A DNA stretch of 62,589 nt from a virus (lineage: Duplodnaviria > Caudoviricetes). Below the pieces are notes generated by a model. It saw only the letters and a program-made list of their open reading frames with translations, did no database searches and had not been told where the DNA came from. Positions 51,904 to 60,229 of this stretch are shown piece by piece. The stretch lies in IMG/VR virus record IMGVR_UViG_3300046167_000817, positions 1-62,589 of that record. One strand, given 5' to 3'. Position numbers and translations under genes: made by a program. Every line of letters begins with the position of its first letter. Positions within the stretch are counted from its first letter, which is position 1.

Positions 51904-52706
51904 TATATTGCTACTTCTGCTTTAATTATGGGGCCAGGCTCATAGTCATGTAATACTAAGTTACCACTTTCATATGTAAAAGAACAATCATCTTTATAAT
52001 TTGTTTGCTCTATATATTTTCCTACTGCGTCAAAATGATTTGTATATATGTGTGCATCAATTATAGACACATCTAATTTATTAGGTAAAGTATTTGTTTC
52101 AGAAGCAACATATAACATAATTTTTGTAAATAAACAAATATCATAAGGTATGCCTAAAAACATGTCACCCGACCTTTGAACTACAAACATATTAAGTTTA
52201 CCTTGGTATACATAAAATTGAAAATACAAGTAACAAGGTGGTAAAGCCATTTGCTCCGTCATTGCAGGATTCCATAAACTTATTACATGACGTCTACTGT
52301 GCCTGTCCGCGTTTATATTATCTATAAGATCTTTTAATTGATCTATATCTTCTCCATTAAAGTTTCTTAATTGATAACCATAAACAGGGCCTAAATCACC
52401 TTCAGGCGTAGCCCAGTTATCCCATATATGAACATCATTATCTTTAAATCTTTGAATATTTGTTTCGCCGCGCATAAACCATTCAAACTCTGTGTCAAAT
52501 ATTTTTTGGCTCATGTGCTTGCCTTTTAATATTGGGAAGTTTTTACCTGTAATTTTAGTTAACCCTAATTTACTTTCAGTAAGAAGTTGTATGCTTAATT
52601 GTTTATGGAACAAAGCTTTTGTACCAACACCAGTTCTATCTTTACGTAGATCTCCGTTTTTTATTATATCAATTAGTAGTTTCCTGTATTGCTCTTCGTA
52701 TATCAT
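51903..52706 (-). CDS. thyA: Thymidylate synthase
   Basis: DRTGVGT, GDLGPVYGYQLR, SRRH, MALPPC, QRSGDMFLGIPYD, DAHIY.NH; start placed at the ATG just after the promoter motif. Confidence 0.95.
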   Translation of the reverse strand: MIYEEQYRKLLIDIIKNGDLRKDRTGVGTKALFHKQLSIQLLTESKLGLTKITGKNFPILKGKHMSQKIFDTEFEWFMRGETNIQRFKDNDVHIWDNWATPEGDLGPVYGYQLRNFNGEDIDQLKDLIDNINADRHSRRHVISLWNPAMTEQMALPPCYLYFQFYVYQGKLNMFVVQRSGDMFLGIPYDICLFTKIMLYVASETNTLPNKLDVSIIDAHIYTNHFDAVGKYIEQTNYKDDCSFTYESGNLVLHDYEPGPIIKAEVAI

Positions 52707-52714
52707 TGTTTTTA

Positions 52715-52742
52715 TTATCAATTGGTTTTCGTGTTCAATTCG
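52715..52742 (-). promoter_or_regulatory. Early promoter-like motif copy before thyA
   Basis: TTATCA-attggttt-TCGTGT-tcaat-TCG. Confidence 0.75.
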
Positions 52743-52972
52743 TATTTATTGTAATAATAAACACTTGCTTTATATATTTGTTTTTGTATTTCGCCGGGGC
52801 CATATATATCAGGTGATAAATTTGGTTTTTCTCCTTTTTTATAAGGACCTAAGTTTATACCAACTTTCCACGATTTTCCGTTCTCTACACATACAGGAAA
52901 TATTCTTATATTGTTTTTTACACAATAGTTCCATGCTTTATTTTCAAGACGCGTTGAGCTATAAGTACCCAT
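52718..52972 (-). CDS. Hypothetical protein
   Basis: Part of the 52718-53044 ORF; internal ATG (MGTYSS..) chosen, start uncertain. Confidence 0.6.
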   Translation of the reverse strand: MGTYSSTRLENKAWNYCVKNNIRIFPVCVENGKSWKVGINLGPYKKGEKPNLSPDIYGPGEIQKQIYKASVYYYNKYELNTKTN

Positions 52973-53028
52973 GTTGAATTTTGTTTTGCGGTAAAGTATG
53001 AAGACAGGCACATACAAATATAGTAAAT

Positions 53029-54753
53029 CTATACATTTTCCCAAGGTAAAGGGTTATTCAATTCTGCATCTTCTTCTATATGTGGTATATATGAACCGCT
53101 TTTTGGTTCCCAAGTAAAGAAACATTCAGCACCATTTTCACCTAAATTTTGAAACTTTACTTTTAATACTTTTACTTTTGTTGTTTTATTTTCATAATCT
53201 CTATGTACTAATAACCCATGGTAACTCGCGTCATACCATTCACCTCCACCTTTAATATTGTACATAGTAGGCTCTTCAATTTTACCTGAACTATCTTTAT
53301 ACATTTTTGTTGGGTGTGCAACTATAATTACTAAAACATCATATCGTTTTGCAAACTGTTCAATTTTAGTTAAATATTCTAATGTATAAGTATTAACGTC
53401 CATACTATTAGCATCTACGTCTCTAATTTTATTAAAAGGGTCAATAACTAAACACTTAATACCTTTGCGCTTTACAAGCTCTGCACCTTTTCTTAACACA
53501 GCTTCAAGTGATGGCACTTCAAGATCAATAAAATAATAATTTTCATTTATATGATTTGAGACCTCTTTCCACTTATCGCCATCAATATCTTCATGTGAAG
53601 GCATACCTCCCCATATTTTACGCATAATTTTGTGTGCGTGTAAATATGTGGGCGCGTTTTCAGGTGAAGCAAAACCTATTTTCCAATCATGACCTATGTT
53701 ATATCCAATAACCATTTGGTCAACGAAATCACTTTTACCACTACTCGGTATACCAGTAACAGTAATAAACTGACCAGTGTAAGTGCTGAAGATATTATCA
53801 AAGTTATTAATCCCAATCTGAAATCCCGGCTTAAAACCGTTTTTAACAAAGTCTTGTAAGTCATCTTCTAAGTCTTTAAAGGTTGTAACATTCTCTAAGG
53901 GTACAGGAGAAGCTTTTTCAATTATATTAATTAAAGATGTAGGGTCTTCTAATAATACCTCATTAGCATCTTTGTGTTTATCAAAATCAACTGTATAACA
54001 AACCTCTGAGCCTAATCGTCTTATTAATTCTTGTTTTAAAGCTATACCAGCTGCATCATTGTCAACTGCTATAATAATTTTTTCTTTATCAGCAAAGTAA
54101 TCAATACAATTATCTAAGTAGTCTAAATTATTTGTATTAAGGGTAGCACCGTTTGGAACTGATATTACATTAGGAATACCAGCTTCGTGTATAGCACAAA
54201 CATCCATTTCGCCTTCTACTATAACACACCAATTATAACCTATTATACTATTTATATTATAAAATACTTTTTCTGCTCCTTTATATAATTTAAAGTTTTT
54301 TCTTGCGTCTCTATATTTAATATTAATGAGTTGATCACCTATCATGTAGTTGAACTTGATGGTGTTTTCTTTTTTGCCGGTTTGCGGCATGTACTCTAGT
54401 CCTTCTGAAATACTAAGGTCTTGAACAGTTTTTTTCGATATACCTCTTGATTTAAACCACTGTAAAGCTTTGGTTTCTACTGCTTTATGTGTTTCTGTAT
54501 CATAAGAAGGTCTTGCATATTCTCTATCTGTTCCTCCTTTTCGTTGGTAAGTGTGTAGTTGAAATGTCTTGTTGCAGTTATGGCAAGTGCCTAAACCTCT
54601 TTCCCAATCAAGACTTGCACATTTTTTTTTCTTGTTTTCAGGTTTACGCTGGTGAGAGCAAAGAGGACAAACACTCTCTGCTTTACCAACGGGTAGATTA
54701 TATTGATTGAAATTTTCGACAAAAAAACCATTAACCTCTACCGTATTTAACAT
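53029..54753 (-). CDS. Primase-helicase (T7 gp4/Twinkle-like)
   Basis: Zn finger CPLC...CHNC; TOPRIM IVEGEMD, SVPNGA, DNDAAG, KDANE; helicase GIPSSGKS, LVIDPFN, VAHP. Confidence 0.95.
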   Translation of the reverse strand: MLNTVEVNGFFVENFNQYNLPVGKAESVCPLCSHQRKPENKKKKCASLDWERGLGTCHNCNKTFQLHTYQRKGGTDREYARPSYDTETHKAVETKALQWFKSRGISKKTVQDLSISEGLEYMPQTGKKENTIKFNYMIGDQLINIKYRDARKNFKLYKGAEKVFYNINSIIGYNWCVIVEGEMDVCAIHEAGIPNVISVPNGATLNTNNLDYLDNCIDYFADKEKIIIAVDNDAAGIALKQELIRRLGSEVCYTVDFDKHKDANEVLLEDPTSLINIIEKASPVPLENVTTFKDLEDDLQDFVKNGFKPGFQIGINNFDNIFSTYTGQFITVTGIPSSGKSDFVDQMVIGYNIGHDWKIGFASPENAPTYLHAHKIMRKIWGGMPSHEDIDGDKWKEVSNHINENYYFIDLEVPSLEAVLRKGAELVKRKGIKCLVIDPFNKIRDVDANSMDVNTYTLEYLTKIEQFAKRYDVLVIIVAHPTKMYKDSSGKIEEPTMYNIKGGGEWYDASYHGLLVHRDYENKTTKVKVLKVKFQNLGENGAECFFTWEPKSGSYIPHIEEDAELNNPLPWENV

Positions 54754-54800
54754 AAACTAAATCTAATTATTATGACTAACATAATTGTTTGTCGGTTGTT

Positions 54801-54828
54801 ATATCATTGCTGCTTCGTGTTGAACCCG
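54801..54828 (-). promoter_or_regulatory. Early promoter-like motif copy before primase-helicase
   Basis: ATATCA-ttgctgct-TCGTGT-tgaac-CCG, intergenic. Confidence 0.8.
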
Positions 54829-54830
54829 TA

Positions 54831-55151
54831 TTAAAACGGAAGATCATCATCTGTTGGTGCAGCGGCTGCCTGAGATACAGGCGCGGATTGTGACTGGCCT
54901 TGCTGCTGTGCAGCGGGCATAGCCTCTCCGTCCGTCCAAACGACTTTGATATTACCTAAATAAACTTTAGGTTCTTTCGCTTCTCGTTCTTCTTTCGATT
55001 GGTCTACGGTTACAGAACCGTTATTTCCAAACTGATCCATTTCGTTATTGATTGCAACAACGACTGGAATGTATTTACCTTTTTTACCATTATAGATTTT
55101 ATCCTTTGGTATTTTGGTAACATCTAGGTTTCCTTTTAAAATTCCTGCCAT
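54831..55151 (-). CDS. ssb: Single-stranded DNA-binding protein
   Basis: Q/A/P-rich linker and acidic DDDLPF tail; replication context. Confidence 0.75.
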   Translation of the reverse strand: MAGILKGNLDVTKIPKDKIYNGKKGKYIPVVVAINNEMDQFGNNGSVTVDQSKEEREAKEPKVYLGNIKVVWTDGEAMPAAQQQGQSQSAPVSQAAAAPTDDDLPF

Positions 55152-55152
55152 A

Positions 55153-55884
55153 TTATAATGTTTTGGTTATAAAATATTGGTTAGGGTCAAAGTTCTCTGT
55201 TTCGTAAAACAGTTTATAAGTATCAGCTGCTTCCTTTACTTTACGTTGACCCGATTCGTAAAATTCAGTAGAGCATTCAAAGATACCTGTCTTTAATGTA
55301 TTCTTGTCAATTACTAAAAATAAAAATTCATAACCGAACATAGAGGAGTATATATACGCCTGACTGTCATAGTTATATTTTTTACATCTTGGTTTGAATA
55401 AATTAATATCACTTGTCGTTTTTAAATCAACGATAAGCTTGTCGTCGTGGTTTACAATATCAGCTTTGCATTTCCACCATAAATCCTCTATCTGCATAAT
55501 ATTAGGAACTTCATATTCAATATTCATTCCTGAAATTAATTCACCAAAGTATTTATTCTTTTCTATCTTTTCTACCATGTTCTCAATCTTATCAACTTCA
55601 TGTTGTAATAAACATATTTCACCCTCAGATAATTCTCTATATTTTTTTGTATTCCGCGTGCTCGACTCTATAATTTTAAAATTTTTTAATTTATTAGGTT
55701 CAAGTATTGCGGTATGCACATACCTTCCAATCACGAAATTTACATGATTTGGTGTAGGCTCCCTTAATTTAGTAGGGTCGTTTTGTAATATTTGTATATT
55801 TGAATTACTTAAAAACTCACGGCCAATACCATTATAATATTGGTCGTCGTCTTCAAGCATTTTAAGAATTTTGTGTCTTTGCAT
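55153..55884 (-). CDS. PD-(D/E)xK exonuclease (RecE/Cas4-like)
   Basis: LSNS, G..VH..ILEP, KCKADI...IVDLKTT, Y..QAYIY. Confidence 0.85.
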   Translation of the reverse strand: MQRHKILKMLEDDDQYYNGIGREFLSNSNIQILQNDPTKLREPTPNHVNFVIGRYVHTAILEPNKLKNFKIIESSTRNTKKYRELSEGEICLLQHEVDKIENMVEKIEKNKYFGELISGMNIEYEVPNIMQIEDLWWKCKADIVNHDDKLIVDLKTTSDINLFKPRCKKYNYDSQAYIYSSMFGYEFLFLVIDKNTLKTGIFECSTEFYESGQRKVKEAADTYKLFYETENFDPNQYFITKTL

Positions 55885-56297
55885 TATAGTGTCATTTTAA
55901 CATGATCCGGCGTTGATTGCCTTGGCTTTTTAAAATCATCTGATTCATCTTCACCAAATGCGCCTAGCGCGTAAAATCCTGTTAATTTAAGGGTAATTCT
56001 TGACATAGCCCTCTTTTCAGCCATTGCAAGAACATAACTTTGTCTGCAATTTTTTTCATTAGCTTCACCATAAGTTTCTAGTTTTCTACTATTCCACTCA
56101 GCAGAAGCTTTTACAGCAGCTGAAACACCCGGAGTATATTCTATACAATCAAATGTAATATCAATATCCGCTTGAGCTTGTATCTTATCAATACCTGCTC
56201 TTGTAATTATAGTCCAACCTTGTGGACTCCTAAAAGTATCTTCTTTATCAAGACCATACTTTTTGTATAACTCATTAAGTAATTCACTTTTTGTCAT
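55884..56297 (-). CDS. Rad52/Sak-like single-strand annealing protein
   Basis: YGEA...AMAEKRAMSR..LK..G; paired with exonuclease and SSB. Confidence 0.6.
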   Translation of the reverse strand: MTKSELLNELYKKYGLDKEDTFRSPQGWTIITRAGIDKIQAQADIDITFDCIEYTPGVSAAVKASAEWNSRKLETYGEANEKNCRQSYVLAMAEKRAMSRITLKLTGFYALGAFGEDESDDFKKPRQSTPDHVKMTL

Positions 56298-56304
56298 GCT
56301 TTAT

Positions 56305-56332
56305 ATATCAACTTGTACTCGTGTTCGGCTCG
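56305..56332 (-). promoter_or_regulatory. Early promoter-like motif copy before the recombinase
   Basis: ATATCA-acttgtac-TCGTGT-tcggc-TCG fills the intergenic gap. Confidence 0.8.
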
Positions 56333-56334
56333 TA

Positions 56335-57096
56335 TTAACTTAAATAATCAACGACCTGCTCTGGCTCAACGTTTTTTATTAGTTTGTCGATACCGTCTTT
56401 TTTTATTTGTGATACTCTTACGTAAGATGCTGAACCTTTTATACCCAGCTTTTCTGATATTTCTTTTGCGCTTAGTTTTTCGCAATCTAAACCATAACTC
56501 ATTCGCAGTACGTTGTACTCTGTTTCTGTTAAATATAATCTCATTAACCCCATTAAGTATTGATTTAAAATATTTATGTTGTACGTAGTAGAGTTGTCTG
56601 GAATTTGTAATAAAATATTTGCGTCTGTAGAAGTGTTGACGTCTAGACTTACAAAGATACTGTCGAAAAATACTTTTACCATTTCTTTGTTGCTGCTGTT
56701 CTTCCTGATTTCGTTTAACCTGTGCTCCGGTATCCTCATACTTCCCCTGTTTATATCGATCGCTCTTCTTATTGAACCTTTTATTCTTTTCTTCAAAAAA
56801 CCTTTTACCATAAGTGGTTCTTCTCCCGGTTTCGCTGTCCCATAAACCTTGTCCCAGTCTATTCTGTCTACGGCGTTTATCAAACCTATTGTGCCTTCCT
56901 GTATTAGATCTAGTATCGACATCACTCCCGACGCTTGGTACGTTAGTACAAACTTCCATGCTACCGCTTCGACTAGAGGTCTTGCGCATTCTATTAAATC
57001 TTCTCGTGATGTTTCGGAGTTGCAACATTCTTCAAATAACCTTTCTGTTAACTGTTCTTTGTAACGTATGTAGTTTTTTACACTGTAATGTTTCAT
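56335..57096 (-). CDS. Sigma-70 family RNA polymerase sigma factor
   Basis: Region 2 LVEAVAWKF...LDLIQEGTIGLINAVDR, IRRAI...MRIPEH; region 4 LTETEYNVLRMSYGL...KEISEKLG...RVSQIK. Confidence 0.93.
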   Translation of the reverse strand: MKHYSVKNYIRYKEQLTERLFEECCNSETSREDLIECARPLVEAVAWKFVLTYQASGVMSILDLIQEGTIGLINAVDRIDWDKVYGTAKPGEEPLMVKGFLKKRIKGSIRRAIDINRGSMRIPEHRLNEIRKNSSNKEMVKVFFDSIFVSLDVNTSTDANILLQIPDNSTTYNINILNQYLMGLMRLYLTETEYNVLRMSYGLDCEKLSAKEISEKLGIKGSASYVRVSQIKKDGIDKLIKNVEPEQVVDYLS

Positions 57097-57706
57097 CGTT
57101 TAATCTTTGCTTCTCTTCTTTTAAAGAGCTACTCATATTCCTAAATATGGTGCGGGTGGTTACTTGAAGTTGAGCAGCTAAGGATTTAACTGTGATTTTT
57201 TTACTTACGTCGTGCATGTATAGCATTGCTTCATACATATCGCTTTCACTTGCTTTCTTTCCTCGTCCTAATACTTTACCAACAAGCTTTAGCTTTTCAA
57301 TACGATCAAGTCTACAACTATCTTTAAATATAATTTTCCTTAATCTATTCTTAGGAGGCTTATCCAATTCCTGCAACCACAAACTTTCAACCATGTTTAC
57401 TAATCTGTTCTCGTCTATTACGAATGTAATAAATCCATTTGACTTGTTTGTAATGTGCTTTCCTAATTTTAAAAACATAGCTTTGGTTATGTGATCATTT
57501 AAATACCACAATACTAATAGATGCCACTTCAAAGATTTAAAAGAAGTTATCTTAGCTTTACTTCTAAACAACTCATAACACTCGTGAGTTCCAGTAGTAT
57601 AGAGCTTATAATCTTTCGTTTCTTCATCTGGCATATCAAATATAGGATCGCGCCTATAAACTATTCTGTGTTTATTTAAATAATCAAGGTTTCTTTCGTG
57701 CGACAT
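57032..57706 (-). CDS. DNA-binding protein with C-terminal HTH (candidate replication initiator or regulator)
   Basis: KITVKSLAAQLQVTTRTIFRNM HTH; start codon lies inside the inverted-repeat site. Confidence 0.7.
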   Translation of the reverse strand: MSHERNLDYLNKHRIVYRRDPIFDMPDEETKDYKLYTTGTHECYELFRSKAKITSFKSLKWHLLVLWYLNDHITKAMFLKLGKHITNKSNGFITFVIDENRLVNMVESLWLQELDKPPKNRLRKIIFKDSCRLDRIEKLKLVGKVLGRGKKASESDMYEAMLYMHDVSKKITVKSLAAQLQVTTRTIFRNMSSSLKEEKQRLNDETLQCKKLHTLQRTVNRKVI

Positions 57707-57744
57707 TTGCGTGCTACTATATTAATTATTGTACCTATTGTCAC
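57700..57744. promoter_or_regulatory. 45-bp inverted-repeat site overlapping the HTH gene start
   Basis: GCGACATTTG...GTACCTATTGTCAC. Confidence 0.6.
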
Positions 57745-57974
57745 GTTATTAATATTCTATAATAACGCTGATATTTTCTTAAAAACCACAATTTATTTTT
57801 GATTTCATCAATTATTTCATTCGCGTCAGCATCCGGCATTTTATCCAGATTAAATGTTATACAGCTAATTTCATCATGCAGTTCCCATACGCGAGATCCT
57901 ACATACGCTCTGTGCTTTGCCTTTCGTTTATTGAAAAGCATTGCAACAGGCGAGGGTGTAAAGTTAATCTTCAT
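57741..57974 (-). CDS. Hypothetical protein
   Basis: 77 aa, overlaps the upstream gene. Confidence 0.7.
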   Translation of the reverse strand: MKINFTPSPVAMLFNKRKAKHRAYVGSRVWELHDEISCITFNLDKMPDADANEIIDEIKNKLWFLRKYQRYYRILIT

Positions 57975-58401
57975 TTACTTTAATATTACTTAAGTTTAAC
58001 TTAGCTTTCTTTTCAGCGTCATGACGAGATTCATCACAAGCGTAATCCCATACTTCTTCGCATATATCTTCGGCTGTACCACCGTTATTAAGCTCATCGG
58101 CAAACCATGTATGAATAGCTACTTTGTAGCCCCCTTTAATATCTGACTCTACTTCGTCCCAAAGATCTTGGGGATCATTAGTCATATTACCAATGTAAGT
58201 GCACTTAGACGTATTGTTTGTAGCATAGTGCAAGAGTGTACCATCCATTGTCTCTTCTGTTATATAAATTGCCCAGCCCGTAAGCTTGCCGCTGTATATA
58301 TCATCTGTTACAATTACCTCAGTACCAAAGTAATCTTCAATTGCTTTCACATAATCGTGAGGCGTAGGTAATTCGTGTATTGGTGTATCTGCGTAACTCA
58401 T
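57964..58401 (-). CDS. Acidic hypothetical early protein
   Basis: 145 aa, ATGA coupling. Confidence 0.75.
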   Translation of the reverse strand: MSYADTPIHELPTPHDYVKAIEDYFGTEVIVTDDIYSGKLTGWAIYITEETMDGTLLHYATNNTSKCTYIGNMTNDPQDLWDEVESDIKGGYKVAIHTWFADELNNGGTAEDICEEVWDYACDESRHDAEKKAKLNLSNIKVNED

Positions 58402-58583
58402 AATTCTATTTCAGTTACAGGTTTAAGCGCGTCAGTCTCATTAATGTAATTTAATACATACTTAGCACAATAGTTTTTTTGAAACATATCGAGCTTGTCA
58501 AACTTCTTATCGAAGTGTTTTTCAGCTACTATATTAAGTAGCGCGTCTGTAAGCATACTGCTTGAATTTTTACTTTTTTTCAT
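58398..58583 (-). CDS. Hypothetical early protein
   Basis: 61 aa, first gene after the motif at 58605. Confidence 0.7.
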   Translation of the reverse strand: MKKSKNSSSMLTDALLNIVAEKHFDKKFDKLDMFQKNYCAKYVLNYINETDALKPVTEIEL

Positions 58584-58604
58584 ATTTTACTTTATTTGTA
58601 TATA

Positions 58605-58632
58605 ATATCATTCGGTATCCGTGTTGGGTCCG
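58605..58632 (-). promoter_or_regulatory. Early promoter-like motif copy
   Basis: ATATCA-ttcggtat-CCGTGT-tgggt-CCG, intergenic. Confidence 0.8.
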
Positions 58633-58656
58633 TTAGCATACTATTGTCGTGTGACA

Positions 58657-58830
58657 TTAAAACCTTAAACTACCACCGATTTCAGTGTATAGTGCAATGC
58701 GGTGTGGTATAACTATAGCGTTGTTACACCCTCCACAACATTCTCCTTCTTCCTTAACCGGAAAAGGATTATGGCCTCTACCCTGAAATGAGTGATGGCA
58801 GATAACGCATTCTCGCGTATCATTTTCCAT
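58657..58830 (-). CDS. 57-aa zinc-finger protein (CVIC...GHNPFP...CCGGCN)
   Basis: Not in the ORF track; Cys pattern. Confidence 0.75.
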   Translation of the reverse strand: MENDTRECVICHHSFQGRGHNPFPVKEEGECCGGCNNAIVIPHRIALYTEIGGSLRF

Positions 58831-59125
58831 ACTTATTTTTAAGATAGTGTTCGTAAATAGTTTTGCTAATCTGTACTAGTGAAGTGTAGATTACAGCACG
58901 AATATACTTATTTTGGTGGAACTTATCAAGTAAATCTAACTTTTCGTTAATAAGTGTAGTTTCATCGTGATGTAATTTTGTGTGAATTAGATCAACCAAC
59001 TCATAAATTGTCATAGTATAACCAGCTCTTTCTTCTCTAAAGTACTCGTCTTTAAAAAATTCAGCAGCTATATTGTCGATTTCATCTAACTCGTCTTTAG
59101 TAAACCCAAAGTCTTCTGCTTTCAC
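58820..59125 (-). CDS. Hypothetical early protein
   Basis: 101 aa, GTGA coupling. Confidence 0.7.
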   Translation of the reverse strand: MKAEDFGFTKDELDEIDNIAAEFFKDEYFREERAGYTMTIYELVDLIHTKLHHDETTLINEKLDLLDKFHQNKYIRAVIYTSLVQISKTIYEHYLKNKYGK

Positions 59126-59427
59126 GTGTCTTGGTTTGAGTTATCTATTCTAGGTAATAACCTGTTGTATGTTATGCCGTCACTATCTCTGCCAATGTTG
59201 TAATCAACAGTATAGTTGTCTTTTAAAAATTTACTATAGTCTTCATAGATTTCATTCCACGCATCATCTCCTAATTCTTTTCTAAACTCTAATATATAAC
59301 GGTTATGTTTAGTTAATCCGTCATACGCATAACAAGATTCCATCATGCTCTTAAAAGCGTCTATATTGTTTTCAAAAGCATTAGTAATAAGTTGATTATC
59401 ACGTAAGGGTAATTTATTTTTTTCCAT
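59122..59427 (-). CDS. Hypothetical early protein
   Basis: 101 aa, TAATG coupling. Confidence 0.75.
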   Translation of the reverse strand: MEKNKLPLRDNQLITNAFENNIDAFKSMMESCYAYDGLTKHNRYILEFRKELGDDAWNEIYEDYSKFLKDNYTVDYNIGRDSDGITYNRLLPRIDNSNQDT

Positions 59428-59666
59428 TATATTATTTTTATACTTTGTTTTGTGTGACTGTACGTGTTCTTTATGTTCTTATTATAAAACTTTCCTATAG
59501 AATGACAATTACGCATTCTTTGAAATGTACGTACATGTACTTTCCAATATGAATACATAGTACCGTTTTGAAACAACACTAATAATATTCTTTTTTCTCG
59601 ATCATACGAGACTTGTTTAATTGCTTTACTATCAACTAGTAAAACTTCTTTGCTTACTTTTCTCAT
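59427..59666 (-). CDS. KTSC domain protein
   Basis: VDSKAI..VSYD.....L.V.F.NG..YSY..V......SIGKFYNKNIK; start moved to the ATG at 59666 because upstream sequence is a structured RNA. Confidence 0.85.
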   Translation of the reverse strand: MRKVSKEVLLVDSKAIKQVSYDREKRILLVLFQNGTMYSYWKVHVRTFQRMRNCHSIGKFYNKNIKNTYSHTKQSIKII

Positions 59667-59667
59667 A

Positions 59668-59730
59668 GAAAGTATGAGAGGATTCGAACCTCTCTGCTCA
59701 CAAGCCGGACTGCGAGCCTCCATTTACTTT
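59668..59730 (-). ncRNA. D-arm-less tRNA-like element
   Basis: AAAGTA/TACTTT closing stem, GCTCGCA/TGTGAGC hairpin and canonical T-arm GAGAGG-TTCGAAT-CCTCTC. Confidence 0.6.
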
Positions 59731-59822
59731 GTAACCCACGAGCTAATCATCATTAACTCTAGTTAAATGAAATCTGAATTAAAGGAGTTATTAACCGATC
59801 TTCTTTACATATTTCCATTTAG

Positions 59823-59894
59823 TTGCGACGGGCGGACTCGAACCGCCGACCTCTGGGTTATGAGCCCAGCAAGATACCACTTCTCCACGTCGCT
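59823..59894 (-). tRNA. tRNA-Met(CAT), initiator type
   Basis: Cloverleaf AGCGACG...CTGGG-CTCATAA-CCCAG...GGCGG-TTCGAGT-CCGCC-CGTCGCA-A; 1:72 mismatch and three consecutive G-C pairs in the anticodon stem; CCA not encoded. Confidence 0.93.
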
Positions 59895-59995
59895 ATATTA
59901 TTAGAGTAAAGGGTGAATCTGGCATTACCTTTTTATATCACCGTTTTGCTTCATGCCGCCAGACATTTACTCATTATGAAATCACTACATATATA

Positions 59996-60023
59996 ATATC
60001 ATTCATCTTTCGTGTCGGGTTCG
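59996..60023 (-). promoter_or_regulatory. Early promoter-like motif copy driving the RNA cassette
   Basis: ATATCA-ttcatctt-TCGTGT-cgggt-TCG. Confidence 0.8.
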
Positions 60024-60229
60024 TTTGCGTAGCCACCCAACTTAAACTTATAACTTAAGTCATCAGCAATGGAGTGTATAGCACTTACTACCGCATCCTG
60101 TATTAAGTCATGTATTCTACCGTCTAAATAACCATCAGGTTTCCACGCATCCGTGTTATGATTTTCTAAAGTGTCAATTACTTTTTTCATTGCCTCTTTA
60201 ATATCCATATCTATTAACTCTCTATCCAT
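59999..60229 (-). CDS. Hypothetical early protein
   Basis: 76 aa. Confidence 0.7.
   Translation of the reverse strand: MDRELIDMDIKEAMKKVIDTLENHNTDAWKPDGYLDGRIHDLIQDAVVSAIHSIADDLSYKFKLGGYANEPDTKDE

Noticed and set aside
59731-59822. HDV-like (theta) ribozyme at the tRNA 3' trailer
   Set aside because: AT-rich sequence with no nested double-pseudoknot pairing visible; only a weak hairpin or a 19-codon ORF.
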